Shown here piece by piece: positions 22,890 to 24,770 of a stretch of DNA of 24,770 nt. The notes under the pieces are model-generated. The model searched no databases, was not told the origin of the DNA, and saw only the letters and a program-made list of their open reading frames with translations. A program made the position numbers and the translations under genes. Numbering within the stretch: the first letter of the stretch is position 1; each line of letters starts with the position of its first letter. This DNA comes from a virus. Lineage: Duplodnaviria > Caudoviricetes. Location of the stretch: positions 1-24,770 of IMG/VR virus record IMGVR_UViG_3300027892_000148; one strand, 5' to 3'.

Positions 22890-24769
22890 CCTGGTTTGAC
22901 ATTGCGATTTGAAGCCAGAAATGCGTCTCTCTTGGCAGACAATCTTGCTTCCTCTGCAATTTCGGCATCTAGTTGTGCCTGTGACTGAAATTGAGGATCA
23001 TTATAATTCACTACAGGATTTGCTGGCGGATTTGCCACTGAAATGTTATTGCCACCCAGATATGTTGCTTGTCCAGGTGCTTGTGCAGTTTGTGTACCAA
23101 ACTCTCGCCGAAACTCTCCCAGGCCACGATAAGCAGGAAAAGGTGCATTACCAGTTGTTGGTGTAGTGGTGCCTGTGGTGCCTGTGGTGCCTGTGGTACC
23201 AGCAACATTAGTGGCAGCAGTATCTGCAGCAGATGGGGACGAACTCAATCCAGCCCGGCCAAGTTCACGAGACAATGCTGCTTCGCCAACTTCGTTGCCA
23301 ACCTTGGCAGATATGTTTTGAGCCTGTTCTTCTGATTTGCCTTCTTGTTTTGCCTGCAGATAGGCTGCCACTCTTGCTTCCGTTTGCTCAGCTCTGACAT
23401 CAATATTGATGCTGCCATATTCTGGTGTGGGAACTTTTGGATCACCAATCACACCTTGCAAGGCAGAATCCACTGACCGACGGTTCACAGTGTTGACCAC
23501 TCCTGCTGCAGCCACTTGTAGATTTATAATGCTAAATATGCCGCCTGTAAATCTACCACCCAGTAGGCCACCAGTGGCCTTGTCGATGGCCTGTTGTGCA
23601 TTTTTGGCCAGTTGATTAATTTTCCCTATCACTTTGCCACTGGCCTGGCCAATGGCCCACTGCACTGCTGCCTGTGGACCAAATCTCACAGCAGTCTGCA
23701 GCATGGTTCCCAGTTGTTGTGCTGTTTCGCCCTTGCCCAAGATGCCTTTTTTCTGCAGGGCCTTTAGACCAGAGGTCATTAGATCCTGTTGTATCAAATT
23801 TTGTACATTGGGATTGGTCAACAGGGTATTTAGATTGGGTATGTTGTTCTTGCCGGTCCAGATTGTGGGACTGGCCAATATTTTAGTAAAATTGCCCAGA
23901 TTAACTCCGGGAACGCCCAGACCAAATCTGGCCAGTGTGCCAGGTTTGAGATAGCCCTGTGATTCCAACTGTTTGGGGTCGAAGCCAAATTTTCCTATAC
24001 CCAGAGATGCACTGATAGCATTGAATGGTTGTCCCACTGCAGCAGCTGCCGACGACATCAATCCAGTTACCTGAGGTATTTTCAAGATTCCGATAGCACT
24101 GGTAGCAGGTGACTGCTTCAACAGTTGAGCCAGATTGATGGGCTGTGTCACTGGTAGATTTTTCAAACCAGCCACTGCAGCAGCTGAAGGTGGTTCTGAT
24201 GCCACTGCCTCAGGCGAATTGGCAACGGCCGCTGCGGTGGTGGGGTTTGAAGCCAGAAATGCGTCTCTCTTGGCAGACAGTTGTGCTTCCTCTGCAATTT
24301 CGGCATCAATCTGAGCCTGTGACTGAAATTGCGAATCGTTAGGATCCACAACTACGCCCCTGGTTTGTGCCAAGGCTGCATCTGCATTTGATCCTGTATT
24401 AGCTATCGGCAACCCAGACTCTCTACCCAAGAATGTTGATTGTCCAGGTGCCTGTGCAGTCTGTGTACCATAATCTCGCTGAAATTCTTGCAAGGGATTT
24501 CGACTGGCAGGTACAGGTGCATTACCAGTTGCTGTTGGTGTAGTGATGCCTGTGGTACCAGCAACATTGGTGGCAGGCGAATTGGCAACAGTGTTGGTGT
24601 TGGTGGCAGTGGTAGGTGCGGTTCCTGATGTTCCTGCAGACGAAGTTGAACCGGAAGATGAACCTTCTGAGAGCGAAACTTTGACATCTACACCTTTGTT
24701 GTGATAAGGAAAAGGCTCGTGTGTGGGAGCCCTGGACACAATTGTGGTCAATGTTTTTTCTTGAACTTC
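22886..24769 (-). CDS. C-terminal part of a probable baseplate central spike/hub (gp5-like) protein with a lysozyme-like domain; 5' end lies outside the window
   Basis: The frame is open to the window edge (EVQEKTLTTIVSRAPTHEP...), so the track's TTG start at 24751 is probably internal. It lies immediately upstream of gp25 and gp6 and carries an RAPTHEPxxxH motif and a GK(F)...LE-x-x-GYLK...WTGK...L-x-NP-x-x-Q lysozyme-like segment. Confidence 0.65.
   Translation of the reverse strand, partial: EVQEKTLTTIVSRAPTHEPFPYHNKGVDVKVSLSEGSSSGSTSSAGTSGTAPTTATNTNTVANSPATNVAGTTGITTPTATGNAPVPASRNPLQEFQRDYGTQTAQAPGQSTFLGRESGLPIANTGSNADAALAQTRGVVVDPNDSQFQSQAQIDAEIAEEAQLSAKRDAFLASNPTTAAAVANSPEAVASEPPSAAAVAGLKNLPVTQPINLAQLLKQSPATSAIGILKIPQVTGLMSSAAAAVGQPFNAISASLGIGKFGFDPKQLESQGYLKPGTLARFGLGVPGVNLGNFTKILASPTIWTGKNNIPNLNTLLTNPNVQNLIQQDLMTSGLKALQKKGILGKGETAQQLGTMLQTAVRFGPQAAVQWAIGQASGKVIGKINQLAKNAQQAIDKATGGLLGGRFTGGIFSIINLQVAAAGVVNTVNRRSVDSALQGVIGDPKVPTPEYGSINIDVRAEQTEARVAAYLQAKQEGKSEEQAQNISAKVGNEVGEAALSRELGRAGLSSSPSAADTAATNVAGTTGTTGTTGTTTPTTGNAPFPAYRGLGEFRREFGTQTAQAPGQATYLGGNNISVANPPANPVVNYNDPQFQSQAQLDAEIAEEARLSAKRDAFLASNRNVKPG
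22908..23217 (-). repeat. Copy 2 of an intragenic duplicated module (copy 1 at ~24246-24576)
   Basis: 34-nt identical stretch TTTGAAGCCAGAAATGCGTCTCTCTTGGCAGACA at 22908-22941 and 24246-24279, plus further identical blocks. The protein reads ATNVAGTTG...GTQTAQAPGQ...QFQSQAQ(I/L)DAEIAEEA(Q/R)LSAKRDAFLASN twice. Confidence 0.95.
23166..23197. repeat. In-frame 9-bp tandem repeat (GTGGTGCCT x3.5) encoding Gly-Thr-Thr repeats
   Basis: Directly visible at 23166-23197. Confidence 0.95.
24246..24576 (-). repeat. Copy 1 of the intragenic duplicated module, bracketed by 16-bp direct repeats CAGGCGAATTGGCAAC (24211-24226 and 24574-24589)
   Basis: Directly visible DNA and protein repeat. Confidence 0.9.
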
Positions 24770-24770
24770 C

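Noticed and set aside
22908-24589. Repeats considered as a CRISPR array, DGR template/variable pair or IS ends
   Set aside because: There are only two copies, both coding and in frame. Differences include indels and are not adenine-specific, and no reverse transcriptase, transposase or cas gene is in the window.
340-24628. Many plus-strand and alternative-frame ORFs of 60-199 aa in the track (e.g. 17516..18115, 7793..8323, 3482..3913)
   Set aside because: They lie antisense to, or nested within, the credible minus-strand genes and show no recognisable motifs. They are the expected shadows of codon bias.
4754-24769. Interpretation as a bacterial eCIS/T6SS/tailocin locus
   Set aside because: T4-type gp6, T4-late-like promoter boxes, gene sizes and the absence of any host or T6SS membrane/ATPase genes favour a large phage. 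This cannot be fully excluded without flanking sequence.

Overview
The window is a gene-dense fragment of a large, probably jumbo, contractile-tailed (myovirus-like) phage genome. All credible genes are on the minus strand. In transcription order (right to left) they are: the C-terminal part of a probable central spike (gp5-like) protein with a degenerate lysozyme-like domain flanked by a duplicated ~105-110-aa module; a gp25-like baseplate wedge/sheath initiator; an enlarged gp6-like baseplate wedge (1173 aa); a giant 4726-aa mosaic structural protein in the gp7 position, carrying a split 7-bladed FG-GAP-like propeller, about 12 beta-sandwich-like repeats, CBM-like modules and acidic F/Y-D pentads; a 50-aa microprotein missing from the ORF track that copies the N-terminal segment of the next gene; a 201-aa baseplate/fibre-attachment-like protein; a 453-aa tail fibre with a probable self-cleaving C-terminal chaperone domain; and a 332-aa Thr/Ser-rich virion protein. 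An intrinsic terminator follows, overlapping a sigma70-like promoter that drives a translationally coupled operon: a 101-aa protein and two paralogous GT-A-fold glycosyltransferase-like genes, the second truncated by the window edge and not in the ORF track. T4-late-like TAA(A/G)TA boxes sit in the gene junctions, two of them exactly 5 nt before an ATG, which suggests leaderless mRNAs. No tRNA, rRNA, CRISPR array or mobile element was seen. All functional calls come from motif recognition and synteny; no database search was run.
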